Assembly: GCF_001194135.2 (NCBI RefSeq)
Contig: NC_068998.1
Location: 40,820,127 to 40,884,126 of the forward strand
Direction: 5' to 3'
Length of the DNA: 64,000 nucleotides
Source: Octopus bimaculoides
Lineage: Eukaryota
Part shown: one piece after another, positions 41,983 to 55,050 of the stretch
Position numbering within the stretch: the first letter of the stretch is position 1
How the letters are laid out: the number at the start of each line of letters is the position of its first letter
Program-made: the position numbers and the translations under genes
Notes under the pieces: generated by a model
Seen by the model: the letters and a program-made list of their open reading frames with translations, nothing else
Databases searched by the model: none
Told to the model about the DNA's origin: nothing

Positions 41983-44900
41983 ATTTTTCAAGGCGGTGCC
42001 CCAGCATGACCGCAGTCTAATGACTGAAACAAGTAAAAGATAAAAGATGGGGCAAGAAGCGCGTCGTGGAGAGAGGAGGCGGGCAAAGAAAGCAAGGTGA
42101 ACTTCCTCAAAAAGACAAGATACCAACCTTAAATTTTGCATCATGGATAGAATGAAGAGAGAAGGGAAGGTAGAAAAGTGAAATCAATAAATTCCAGCTA
42201 GCAGTTCGTCTTCTGCAGCTAAGAAATCTCAAAACACCCGCCTCTCATTCCAAAAACCATAGCAGAGAATTACGTAATGCTTAACAACACTGTACAAAAG
42301 CGGGGAAATTGGAAGAGCATACAGAAACAGACATACGCACAAGGAAAATCGCGTTGAGTATAGAGACGTAAAGGACGAGAAACTCGGAGTAACAACAGAA
42401 TATGAATAATGGAAAAAAAAAAATTGAACTAATTTCCTCGCCTCCCGCACAAGATTAAAACAGACAGGTTTTTTAAAAAAATGGTTATTGCGGAATGTGG
42501 AATGGAAAGGAGACACGAATGTAGTTGTTCTGGACATTAATATGAAATGGACACGACCGACTTGAATACGTTTGCCATGAGTGTGTATTTATATATGTAT
42601 ACACACACACACATTACACTAGACATGTGGGAATTGGGAAGATGACCTTATCTTTTCGTAAGATGGTTGAAGAATACGGAGAGAAAGAGAGAAGAGGGAA
42701 ATTCTAAAATTTTCCAAGCAATTTCTTGCTCACATCCGACCATAAGCCATGTGTAGCATACAATATCACTAGACGTAGTTACACGCACACGCTTCTTAAT
42801 CTGATACTAAACACAGACAAGACACATTTGTAAGGGCAACGTAGACTGAGAGGTTGTAATTGAGATGTCCTTCATGGGAAAGAAGGGAATTTCCAATTGA
42901 GACTTTAAGGACCGTCCAAAACTTATCACCTGACACTCCTACAGCAACCGCTACAATGACGCGTGGTGTGCCCCAGCATGGCCTTACCTGTGACAGCATA
43001 CCATAATCACACAGTATGCGCCTTTTGCAGAGCATCATACTAATATATATGTATCATAGACACATGTATATTTATTATATGAGAAGCTTTTTATATTTCT
43101 GAGATACAAGGAAGATTGCGGGAAGAAGTTAAAGTTTTTAGGAAATTTGTTACTTATCGTAAATCCCAAATATCGGGTCTCTAAATGACATATCTCGGTA
43201 CATCTGTACACATGCATGCGTGCGTTCATCTTTTCGTTGCCTGAAGGATCGCTCGTAGTGGAAAAAAAAAATGATGAGCAATGAAGGGGGTGATTCATCA
43301 GTTTCGAAAAACCTAATCTAAGCGTCGGTTCTTCCTTTAACCGTAACACCAACACACGAGTGGCTGCAGCAGAACAAGAAACATTAACAAGAACCTTCTG
43401 TCTTGTGTGTCGGTTGAAGAGAAGGTGAGAGAAGAGGAGGGCACACGGCCCCCATACATAATAAGTCCAGGGAAAGAGGACATTAACCAAACAGGGAGCT
43501 ATGTACGTATTCACTGGAATCCTAAAAACAGCAGACAAATCTTTCTCAGATTATACTACTGTCTCTTTTTGTCCCCTCCCTTTTTAAAAAGAAGACATGA
43601 ATATCAGTTCTTGATATACTCATGCCTCTGAAAATGCAATAGAAAAGAAAGTCGAGGTTATCACGGTTGCAAAATCTTTGATGATAATAGGCCGGGTGGC
43701 TCGAATCTGGTGGATAAACAATAACAAAAGGAGATTGCTGGTATTATTCCGTTGACTGATACGTCTGGAATTTAGTTAATCTATAACACAGGTACAACAT
43801 CGATTTTCCGGAACCATTGGTCCCGAAGCCTTTCAGGATTATTGATTTTCTTTTTTCCGAACCGGGAGTGGTCACCTTGGCCAACACCTTCTAAATTAAA
43901 CAAATATTAAATCTACTTAAATAGTAAATGAAATACTGGTCCCTGCATATTAGTGTGAATTAGTACGATAAGTCGGTACTGTGCCTTTGGGGGAGGCGTT
44001 TAAAAATCCTAACCCTTACTCTCATCGCATTATCAATAAATAATGTGTGTGGGTGGTTATAATTGATTTGGTGATTCTTAAAAGTTTTTCACTTATAGGC
44101 TCCATTTCAGTTGGCAGAATCGTCAGAGTCGAAAGGGGGGCGGGGATAAGCTTTGCAGTGTTTATACTTGTCTTGAGTTCAAATACTGCAGAGGTCAACT
44201 CTGCCATCCATTCTTTCGGCGTGGACACAATAAAGTACCAGTCAAATACTTTATTGTCTTAATCTCTTTTCCCACGGAAGAGGAAGAGGCAACGGGACAT
44301 TTCCTAATAAATCATAGATGAAACTAGATATAGTTATTAAATATTTCAAATAGTAATATATTATTAAGACACTGTTTCGAGAAAAGAAAACAGTTTAGGG
44401 CTAATTGCTTTTAAAATGAAACCGTAGGGATATGGCACAAAACGGTTGAAATAGAGAAATTTGTCTTTGGTGACGCAATACAGCCAATAAAAAGATGACT
44501 GATCGATAATATTAGATGAAGAGGGGTTTGTATTTTGTAGCGTTTTAGAAAAATTATTTTAAACAAAGGAAATATTCAAGACTAACAGTAATCCTTATAC
44601 ACGTACAATGAAATATATTTCGTGGGAGCATTGTAGAAAAATCATGCAATGTTTAAACTACATAAGCTTTAAGGAGATGTTGAAAAATATAGGGTATGAT
44701 GTTCATAGTGATTGATTGGGGTGTGGAAGTGAAGATATATAGGAGATGAAAGCCCTTCCCCCACCTGTACAAATTCTCGTTGCAGTGTATTTGATAACCG
44801 TTTCGAAAGAAAAAAAATACGTATTAGAAAAGAAACGATCAAATGAGTAAGAGAGGATGGGAGAGTTAGTAAACAGGTTGATAAGAGAGAGAGAGAGAAG

Positions 44901-45493
44901 GCCGCCAGAGAGAAAGAAAAGAACAGTGTCTAAGAGCGGACGAATACATATAGAAATAGCTTTGGATTAACATGAGGTAGAAACGGAAGGGGAGGAGGAT
45001 GACGGACAAGAGAGAGGAGAAGGAGAAGGATTGACTAGAAGCAAAGCGTAGCGAGAGAAAGGAAAGGAGAAGGATGAGGTGTGAAATAGACGAGGAAGAA
45101 GGGGAAAGAGTATGAAGAAGTAACAAAAACAAAACGAAAGGGAGAGGTGGGAGAACGCGTGGCACAGGAGGATGAGGAGCGGTAAGAGGTAAGATTAAAA
45201 TATGTTTGGCTAGCTTGGTTCGGTGGAAGGTTTTGCTAACGAGCCGAGGTCATTATAGTGTGTCGCTGGTTGCCTGCCTCCGCCCACCACTACAGTACTA
45301 TCTATTACTACGACTACTACTACTACTACCACCATCACTAACAGTCAGCATATAGCAACGAGAAGACCCTCTCTGATTATGTTACTATGTTTAAGGAGAG
45401 AGTGAGGGCGGAGGAGATATTTAATAGGACCCCCCACCGACCTAGACTACTATCACTCCACCACCACCATCACTGCTAACCAAGGTTTCTGAC

Positions 45494-45511
45494 ATGGCAG
45501 AACAAGCAAAG
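45494..45511 (+). CDS. Weak candidate first coding micro-exon MAEQAK
   Basis: Context GACATGG, donor-like AAG|GTTTGT, preceded by an (ACT)/(ACC)-rich leader. No downstream exon identified, and local A-skew argues against a plus-strand intron. Confidence 0.2.
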
Positions 45512-45996
45512 GTTTGTTTGAAAAAGGAACATATATATAAAACTCGGGGGGACCACGATCAACGAAAATATAACATCAAGAAAAAAAGTGTATTAAAAAA
45601 AAAAACAATCAAATATCGTTATTAAAGTAATAGAATATCAAAACCTAACTTAAATACGAAAACGGGTGTGAAATGCTTTGGTCGTGTGGTATTTAGAGTC
45701 TAAGAAAATTGTTTCGAATTCCATTCCAAGGAAATCGTTTCCAATTACGTCGCTATTTCTTGAGAAGCACGACCTACAGAAACCTCATGCCTGTGTGTGT
45801 GTGTGTGTGCGTGACGCTAATTTTATCTTTTTTCTAAGGTTATTTTATCTCCCAAAATTTCTTTGAACTCCAAATAATTTTGTTAAGAACAGTAAAACCT
45901 CCCAGGTCCATCATGATTATTCGTAAAAAAGAAGAATATACGGAGAGAAATAAAGTTAAAAAGTAGATCACAGACGTGCCTGCAATACCTGTTTAA

Positions 45997-46032
<36 letters not shown>

Positions 46033-47206
46033 AAAATAACAAACGAATGTATTCTGTTCAGAAAGGGGAGGTACGGTGATTCATAAACGAAAATATCAGC
46101 AATAATTGCTAGAAAATGTGAGAGGAAATGTCGAAGTAAAGTTTACATAAGCCAATCTCATTTTTAGTACGACAGCCGAGTGAGGGAAAATTCAACGACA
46201 GAACTTAATAAGCCCATTAAATAATACCAACAGCATTTCTAGAAGAGATGCTTTATTCTCTAAAATGGTAATATATAAAGACAATATCTAAAAATGAACT
46301 TCGACAAATTGCAAAAAATCGAAAGCTACATTTATATATATATATATGTATGTAGTGTTCAGTACAGATTAAAAAAAGAACGCACACACATTACATGCAT
46401 GATATATTATATAACTATTAGTAAGGAAATGCATTAAAAAAGTATATAAAGATTAGAAATGGGAATTGCAAGGCATAATAATAATAGTGAAATTCTGTAA
46501 CATTTATATGTACATATACATGTGAGTAGCTAGCCAAAGTACTTTCCACTACTCTAGTGTTGGAAAGGCAGAAACGACGATAGCAGTAGTAGTAGTTGTA
46601 ATATAGCAGTCTAGTTTGGTCGAACAATAGATGTAAGAGGGGAGGAAATAGGAGAGACAAAGATAGAAAAAGCGTTGAAGACATTTAGTGGACGACAGCA
46701 GAGACAATGAGTACAGGCCAACGCTCGCTGTTGTTATTTTGTTTAGCCCCGGGTCAACTCTGGTAAAAGCAGACCGAAGATCTAAAAGTATTCCGGCCAT
46801 GGCCATCCCATTTTTTACTCCATTACTTTATAAATCCTTTCTCTACCGCGGTAGGGTGCAACCGAGGGGAGAAAGACTTTATTTATTAGCATCCAACGAC
46901 CATGAAAAAAAACAAACAAACAACTCCTTGGTTGGTTAAGAGCAATGTGTCCTTTCTCTCTATCTTTAATTTCCAGGGTGACTAATCTGCATCTATTTCT
47001 AGCAGGCCGAACGACCAGAGTAAAGAGGCTTTCGTCATTGTATTACAAAAATGAGTGGCAGCCACATCAACGACCTTCCCCTTCAGTATTTTTTATGGTG
47101 GTGTTGGTGAAAGGCGGTAACGATGAACTATAAGCAACGGAAACGAAATGGACTTGTGTATGCAACTTGATAAACGAGGGCAAGCAGCAGTGTTTAAGTG
47201 TTCTGA

Positions 47207-47239
<33 letters not shown>

Positions 47240-47317
47240 TTATAGATACATGGTCATGTGCGATTATGTGTACGTATAATTCTTAAGACTTCCACATTGC
47301 GTGTGGGTGTATGTGTT

Positions 47318-47371
<54 letters not shown>

Positions 47372-48220
47372 TGCCTTAACACGTTTATCAAAATACACAA
47401 GATAAATTGAAATAGTAGTCGAACATATGTAGATATATATATATACAACCGTGTATATGTTTACGTGTACTTATGTTTCTTGTATATACACACGTATATT
47501 AAATCCTGCGGACTCTCCAAGAAGCGATAAATTACAGAACTTACACACACACACACATAGATATACTTTATATATATAAAACCTTAATTGCCACTCCTCT
47601 AAGCACCATGCCTTCGCTGGTAATCGGAGCCTTTTTTGTCACGAAGTGTTTGATGTGTTATACAAAGTGAGATTATATTTATTAAATATATTTGCGACGG
47701 TTTAAAGAAAGGAAAATCTAAACACATTATCTATCGCGTAGTCTTTTTTTCTTTACACAGTAAACTGAACATTTACAATGAACAAAGAAAAAGATACTTA
47801 ACCTATATATGTATGTCGTTATATTAAACACGCAATTTTCTCCCCCCCCCTATCCGTGTATGTGTGTATATATACGCGCTTGAATGTCGTGCGTTTCTGT
47901 TGTCAATCCACTAATGTATACATCCGTAGAACATGCTCCATACATTAACAACGCCATCCAGGGAGCTTCTAAATAGTCACAAAACATGCTAGAAATAGCA
48001 GCGAAATATTCTTCCACTAACTCGGTGTTAAAAAGTGAAGAAGGCGTTGTACAATGTACTTTTGAGTGCACTGAAGCTCGGGGGATAAAAGTATTTAAAA
48101 TGGTCATGGCCAGAACGTCTCAGGACAGCTGAAACAAAACAACGCCTTCGTGTGTTCGTGTATTGCATCCACTTCCAATTTTAAACACGCGATTCACGTA
48201 GCCTACCGTAAAACACAAAG

Positions 48221-48339
48221 NNNNNNNNNNNNNNNNNNNNNNNNNNNNNNNNNNNNNNNNNNNNNNNNNNNNNNNNNNNNNNNNNNNNNNNNNNNNNNNN
48301 NNNNNNNNNNNNNNNNNNNNNNNNNNNNNNNNNNNNNNN
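48221..48339. other. Assembly gap (N run), adjacent to (TA)/(GT) repeat
   Basis: Direct reading. Confidence 0.99.
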
Positions 48340-49777
48340 ATATATATGTGTGTGTGTGTGTTGTATTACAGAGCAAGAAAAGCTATCACAAACCCTGATT
48401 TATTTAAACACAAGTTTCTGCGCATACGCTGTATCTATATATAAACATACAGAAATATAAAGACATTCGTGACAAACTACACTCCCGATCGTTTCTACAC
48501 ATACATACACTGCATGTGAATTGTATTAAAATGTTATGTAGTACAATTGTTGTCTATGAAGCTACTGAGCCTCTGGACAAAGTGTTAGGCGTTTTGAAAA
48601 GGGACATGTGCATGATGTCTGTCTGGTGTATATATATATGTCAAGAACGTAACTCGTTCAGTCAATTACTAATGCCTTATTTTCTTCTTGTTGCTTACAT
48701 ATTTATGGTACAGTAAACTGTGTTTCATTTCCCCTATGGCTGTCTCCATTCTTCGTAGACATTCGACTAGTTTAGCTTCTTTCTTTCATTTACCACTTCC
48801 CCCTCCTCCTGTTTGTTGGTCCACCAGTTAAAAGGTAACAAATACCACTAGTAATTTACGACTGTAAAAATAACCAGTGAGCACACACACACACACATAG
48901 ATATGTTTTAATACACAAACTACACCCTACAAATGGAAGAAACACCCACAGAAAACTCAATGCCTGTTTAGCCTGAGGTCATCCTAAATCGGACAGATCT
49001 ACCATCAAAGTGATCCAATCGTGGTCATCCAATCTTTACGCCGTTCACCTTTAAGAACAATGTACCCAGGATCATGTTATCCAAAAGTGTTCTAGTTTTC
49101 CAAGATAGTGGGATGTGATTTAACGGGAACTTATTTGGCATTTCTAGTATGTCGAACCTCCACGAAGACGTACCCCCGTTGGCTCGCTAAATAAATAAAT
49201 GTAGCTGAGCTCATCGAAATGAATCATCAGTTTCGAAGGAATACACACACACACATTCATATCATACTCTCTTTTGTCCCTGGATCACCAGATCACTGAG
49301 GCGTCTTGAGTTTCCTTTTAGAAGAAAATTTGTGTCACTTATCACCAATCGTCCCTTACGAAATCGACGAAACTCATATAAGCCGTATGTGTACGTGCGC
49401 ACACACCACAGACGTATAAAATATGATCAAGAAGGCTACTGTATAATTAAATAGGCGCACTCGACAAGGAAAAAAAAAACATAAGTATCATACAGCCACT
49501 TACATTATATATATATATACCTGCAAACATATACATTACGGAAGTATATATATATATATTCAGCCCATTGTGTGTGTACAGAAAATGTTTATTTCGCTCA
49601 ATTACCAAGTTCTCAATATATGTATGTGCAAGATAAACAAGAATCCATGACTGCTAACAAACCTCACCTACCCCTGCAATAGAGTACAAAGTGGAATCGT
49701 CCAGAACGTTGACAACGAACATTTACGTATGTCGGGCTAGTCTAATATTCTGACTTTCTACATACCAATCGTGTTCC

Positions 49778-49818
<41 letters not shown>

Positions 49819-51820
49819 CAAGCTGAAGAAAAAAGTGAAGAAAAGAGCTGTTTAATGCCGTGTTTTATTCGTGGTGAAGTAAAGAAATAAATAAAACCTG
49901 ATTGTACAACTGAAGATTTCATTGATTTTTGTTTTTTGTTTTCACTGAACAGACGACAAGGAATGACGGTAGGAGGACTTAAGAGGAGGAGGAGGAGAAT
50001 GAGAAGCACTAGGGGGTGAGAATCAGAGAGCGAAAAGTCCTGAAACAAAAGAGAGAGAAGTGGGGGGGGGGTAGAGTATTAGGAAAAAAATAGATAGAGA
50101 GAAAGAGAGCTGTGAAAAAGTGGAACACGAAAAGAGGGATAAAAATAGAGAAAAACGAAAAAGAATGGAGAGAAAGAAATAAGGAGAAAGGATGAGAGAG
50201 AAAATAAGGAGAAAGAGTGAGCTAGAGAGAGAGGGGGGTTATTGTGATTGTTGAAATGTGTAGTCGACGGCTGGTGGTGGTGGTAGGTCGAGTTCATTTT
50301 TGAATTTGAAGCCAGTCGACTCGCTCAGATATTGCATAGGAAATAAAGCGCGCTACAAGGATAAGAAAGAGAGAGAGAGGGAGGGAGGAGAAGAATTGTA
50401 TGATGGAAGGATGGAATGAACGAACGAATACAACACAACAGAGACACCATACAAACATAGCATACAAATATTTCCTCTCAGACTTATGTTTATTTTATCA
50501 ACAATATATAAGTGCACTATAGACAACAAACAATCTACTTTAATTTTTTACTAAGAACGAAGGAATTTTACGGGAAAAGAAAATATAACATTTACAAAGA
50601 AAATTATCAGACGGACATTAATTAAGGCAGGAAAAAAATAAAAAGATGGTAGAGTGAGAGAGAGACCCATAAAAAGCAGACGGATAAAAATAGAGATGCA
50701 TTTCAGAAATGAATTAACGAGAACATTGGCAATCTACGATGTTCAGAAAATGGGGAAAAAAAAAGCCTGGCTGGCTTAGTTTTTGTTTGTGCGTTACGTT
50801 TTAGTTTTGGTTGTTTAGGAAGACATGATCAGACATTAAAGTTGTACAAAATCATGTTGTTAATATCTACAAATAGGATATATATATATATATATATATA
50901 GTTTTAGGGAAAAGAACCAAGGTTCATGAACTCATCGATGAAAATCCACTGTCACATATAGAAAAATTAATAATTAAAAGCACAATAAATGAGTATAATA
51001 TAATACAAAGTAAATATCATAAGATAAAGATAATAAAACGACTACACGTGTTTCATAACTAATTTTCAAATAGAAAGGAAATTTTAATCGATTAAAATCA
51101 ATTAGAATTATCGAAAATAAATTCTAATCAAAAATATATATATATCCAATGTTATATTGACGTGAAGATAGAAGACAAGAGAGAAGGAAAATATTTGAAC
51201 CAGATATATTTTATGGTCGACTGGAACGAAGCCAAAATAACAGATGTATGCAGAAATAGATAGTTGATGTGTTTGTATGGAAACGTATGCAAATTTATAT
51301 GTGAAATATACATGTGTAGATGTATATGTATATTATTTAAATAAATGGGTGTGATGTTTTAGAAATCGTACCAAATAGCACACGTATATTTATATACATA
51401 TATACACGCGCACACATAATATAGTATATACAAATGAAAGATGTAGGTCACCCCGATTTGATGCTCGATGGGGGGAAAAAGAGGGGAAATAGGTAAACAA
51501 AATAAACAACCGGTCAAACAAAGCAAAATCGACACAAAAGAGTATTTACTTCTGGCTACCGTTTTGACAACAAACAACATTAGAAGAAGAGGATAAAATG
51601 CCCGTAGATATTGAACAGATAAGTATAATAGCAATTGCAATATTATGGTTGTGCATTCACGTCAAAGAGAGAAGAAAAAAAAGGCACACGACACGGATAT
51701 AATGTTGTTACATATGTACATTGAAAACTACGAAACCTGCGGCCCCGGTCGAACATCTGACGAAAATATCCTAACGTATGGAACATCCGATGTGTGGAGA
51801 GAAAAAATCAGCGATATTTA

Positions 51821-52170
51821 CCTTCAGACATTGGATGATGACGGCGATTTTTCCCCAGTTATTGAAAACGAGTATGGCAAACTAGCCACATCTACCACCA
51901 TCAGCGATGTACCATCCTAACTTCTCTAACAACATTTGGAAATCCCTTACGTCATTCTCGTCAGCCAACCAGCGACGAGCGGCCACTTTGAAACGCCAAT
52001 GGAAAAACATGGGCTTGTCTTCCGGGTTAGCAGTCGTCGTAGCAATCAGCTTGCTAGCAAGACGCGCCATCCAGTGTTTGGTGGTGGTTGGTAAAGCTTG
52101 CAGCTGTGTTGCTGAGGTGATTCTCAAGCGAAGCACACACACCACCTTAATGGTTGTTTTGTATTTTAAC
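51821..52170 (-). other. Candidate first (5' UTR) exon of a minus-strand gene
   Basis: GC/CpG-rich, with strong donor-like sites GAC|GTAAGG (~51950) and AAG|GTAAAT (~51821), followed on the minus strand by T-rich intron-like sequence. No homology recognised. Confidence 0.3.
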
Positions 52171-54624
52171 TGCGGAAATTTCAAAAAGCGAGAAAAATAA
52201 TAATTTGATACAGATGTCGACTAGGGGAGCCTCTCGAACACTTTAATCTGCTGGAGATAGCAACCAAATCTCACTCTAACCATCTGATAAAAAGGAAGGA
52301 CATTTGTATAGACGTCGCAGACCATGAGAATAGTAACATTACTGCACACTATAAACCAACTAAGCTGCCTCTCAGCAAAAAGAAATTTGAAATCGTGAAA
52401 AAGACTAAGACGAAGGCACCTCTCGATCGCTTTAATCTACAAGAGATAGCAACCAAATCTCACCGTACAATTTGATACAAAGGAAGGACAGTGTGGACGA
52501 CGCGGTTAATATTACCATATATGGGTGTAATAACATTAGTACGAAACTATAAACCAACAAGAAAACTATAGAAAAGGTTGATTGTCCAGTTCGAAATAGT
52601 GTTCATGTTTTAGTACCGAGTTTAGCGCTAATGAAGTTAACCGCCGATCGAAGACGTTCCTCTTATGACCGCCACCCTCTCCTTTCTTTCTTTTACTTTC
52701 AGACTGTATCTAGAAACACGTTAACCATTTTTGAAATTCTTTTTTTTATAGAAAAAAAAAGTTGGGTGTGATTTGAAAAAAAATTTGGTTGCGATTTCTA
52801 ACAGGTGAAGCGATCATCGTTGGCGAAATTAGGATACTTCGTTAATCGACTCTGATGGCATCCTTATAAATTGTTTCAGTGAAATCAGATTACACACATA
52901 CATATATATACATTACACACACACACACATACAGACGTGTCAGGTATCAGGTTTCTAGGAGTAAAATAAATAAATAAAAATAACCAATGCAGTGCACTGA
53001 AATAAAAACTAATTATTATTGTTACCAACAAGAATAATAATTCAGCAAATAAAAAATATTTTCATTATTTGATTTAGGAACCAAAAACAAGCAATCAGCC
53101 ACCCGGATGATACCGCGGAAAGCATTCGGTCTAGTAAACATTTGCATTGCATTTCTGCCTCGATTCTTCTTTGCTGCATGAAAGTGTGATGTAGCTACTT
53201 TGGTGAAGGATTGAAAATTCTTAGCAGCGTGTATGCATGTATATATTTGGGTATGTGTGTGTGTGCATAAAATGTTGATTTAAATTTCTTATATATGGTC
53301 TTCTGTTTCTTTTCTTTTAGCTTATTTTAATAGGGTGGCGGAAGTTTGACATAAATCTTTCTAATAAACTGGGTGTGAAAGAACATTCGACGCTCATATT
53401 TTCTCACCGAAAATTGTTACAAAAGAATCGTGGCGACTGGGTTCGATAACAAGCAGTAACCCTCCTTTTTCTTCTCATATTTGTTGCTGATGCACATATG
53501 ATATGCATGTGCGCACTTCTATACTACATTCAAATTTCGCTGCTGTGTACTAAACCACATACGTACGTACATACATTTATTTATGCTAGCAAGGACAACC
53601 TTTTTCGAGAAGCGGGTCGCAGGTTGCTCATGACTGATTTATACGTACATACAGTTGCTTGAAATGGAATGTATTTTTCATAATTTGATAGGAAAACAAA
53701 AAACTTTACCAAATCGTACAGCATGAAGCAATAATGGTATTCCATGGTAACCATGCTTGACAGCAAAGAGGTTGAAGACATGGTAATCTCCCAGGTGTGG
53801 TAGGAAATGAAACGAAGAAGGCCAAGGATGCCACTCTGTTTAACACCACCACCTGGATTTTGAATGGCTTCAGTATTGCAAGCTATTAGACTAGATCTAC
53901 CACCATCACTTTCCTTTCTGGCCATGGTTTTCCTGTAGATGATTTGACTGGGTATCAACTATGATCTGCAAAAGATCAGCAGAGATAATGGCCACAGTTT
54001 ATTCTCCCACACCTGCCATCAAACATTCTTTTGCAGTAGCATAAATCAGACTGGTCTTCAGATGAAACAAACTCACACACATATCCAAGTCCATTCACAA
54101 GATATTTAACAAACAGAAGCTGTAAAGGAATAGAGTCGCCCAAGGTTCCACACATTAGGGCTGTATCCAGAACAATGTGGTTGCAAACCAAATTCTAAAT
54201 CACACAGCCATGGCTGAACATTTATCCTAATTTGTAGAATAGAGTGTAGTGTATTCTTGCATTTTCAAAGAGGTGAAATATTTGTCCATAACATGCCGCT
54301 TGAAAGGGTCTCATCCAATAGCATGGAAAAGCAGAAGTAACAATGATAAGATATATATAATCACTTTAATGTTCACTTTTCCATACTTGCCTGGATCAGA
54401 CAGAATTTGCTGAGGCTGAATGTTCTTTCTGTTAATAACCCTCATCTGTTTCCAAAATATTTTCATGAAAGATCACAAGCGACACTACTTGTATGACAAT
54501 CATTTACAATTATCATGCAATGTGAAGACATTGAGGCATAAACGCATGCACATGTTTAATGTGTTTGTGTGCATAAAAGGACAAGAAAATAATATCTCAT
54601 CCAAAACTAAATTTTTTTTTTAAA

Positions 54625-55050
54625 AATCAAAAAATATCAACTGGATTATAGCTGGGAGATAACAGTTTACCTAAAGTAGCTACCCTCATTTCCACCGTGG
54701 CCTCATGACAGATCCAGAACCTGGTGCATGCGTTCCTCCCTATGTCCCTGGAAGAATCTTTGAACACCTCCATGATATTGGTCACCAGCTCAGCCTTGGT
54801 GTTGCAGGCAGAGCAGTTGGTGTCTTTCTCATTACTTTCATAGTAATCCATGGGGTTAAGTTGAGGGAATTAGAAGGAGAGAATTTGGGGCTGGTGAAGT
54901 AGAAATCCTTTCACAACCATTTCTGACTCTTTCCAGAGGTATGGCAAGGAGACAAATCCTGCTACCACACATATGGCATTCCAGCAGCAACCCTCTCCAG
55001 CCAGGGCTTGACCACAGTCTCCAGCAGTTTCACAAGGCTACAGAAGGAGG
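54625..55050 (-). mobile_element. Degraded Tc1/mariner-superfamily transposase 3' fragment (probably DD37D/maT-like)
   Basis: Minus-strand translation across frameshifts: LETVVKPWLERVAAGMPYVW*QDLSPCHTSGKSQKWL...SPSNS / PMDYY...TNCSACNTKAELVTNIMEVFKD...RNACTRF. This matches the QQDxAPxH...WPPNSPDxNPxDY catalytic and C-terminal region. Subfamily is uncertain because of indels. Confidence 0.8.

Larger units (their letters stand above)
40465..42046 (+). mobile_element. tRNA-derived SINE (family A) split by the mariner insertion
   Basis: The SINE head and body run 40465-40755 and end ...CTGGAGTTGATTTGACA-TA. After the mariner the sequence resumes TA-TTTTTCAAGGCGGTGCCCCAGCATGACCGCAGTCTAATGACTGAAACAAGTAAAAG, the same tail seen at 13260-13318, 35825-35880 and 57420-57470. 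Confidence 0.85.
42000..53650. promoter_or_regulatory. CpG-rich domain (probable unmethylated promoter/5' region)
   Basis: CG dinucleotides are frequent throughout 42.0-53.6 kb, including in SINE copies, and scarce in both flanks (judged by eye, not counted). GA-rich tracts occur at 44830-45190 and 49950-50400. Confidence 0.6.
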
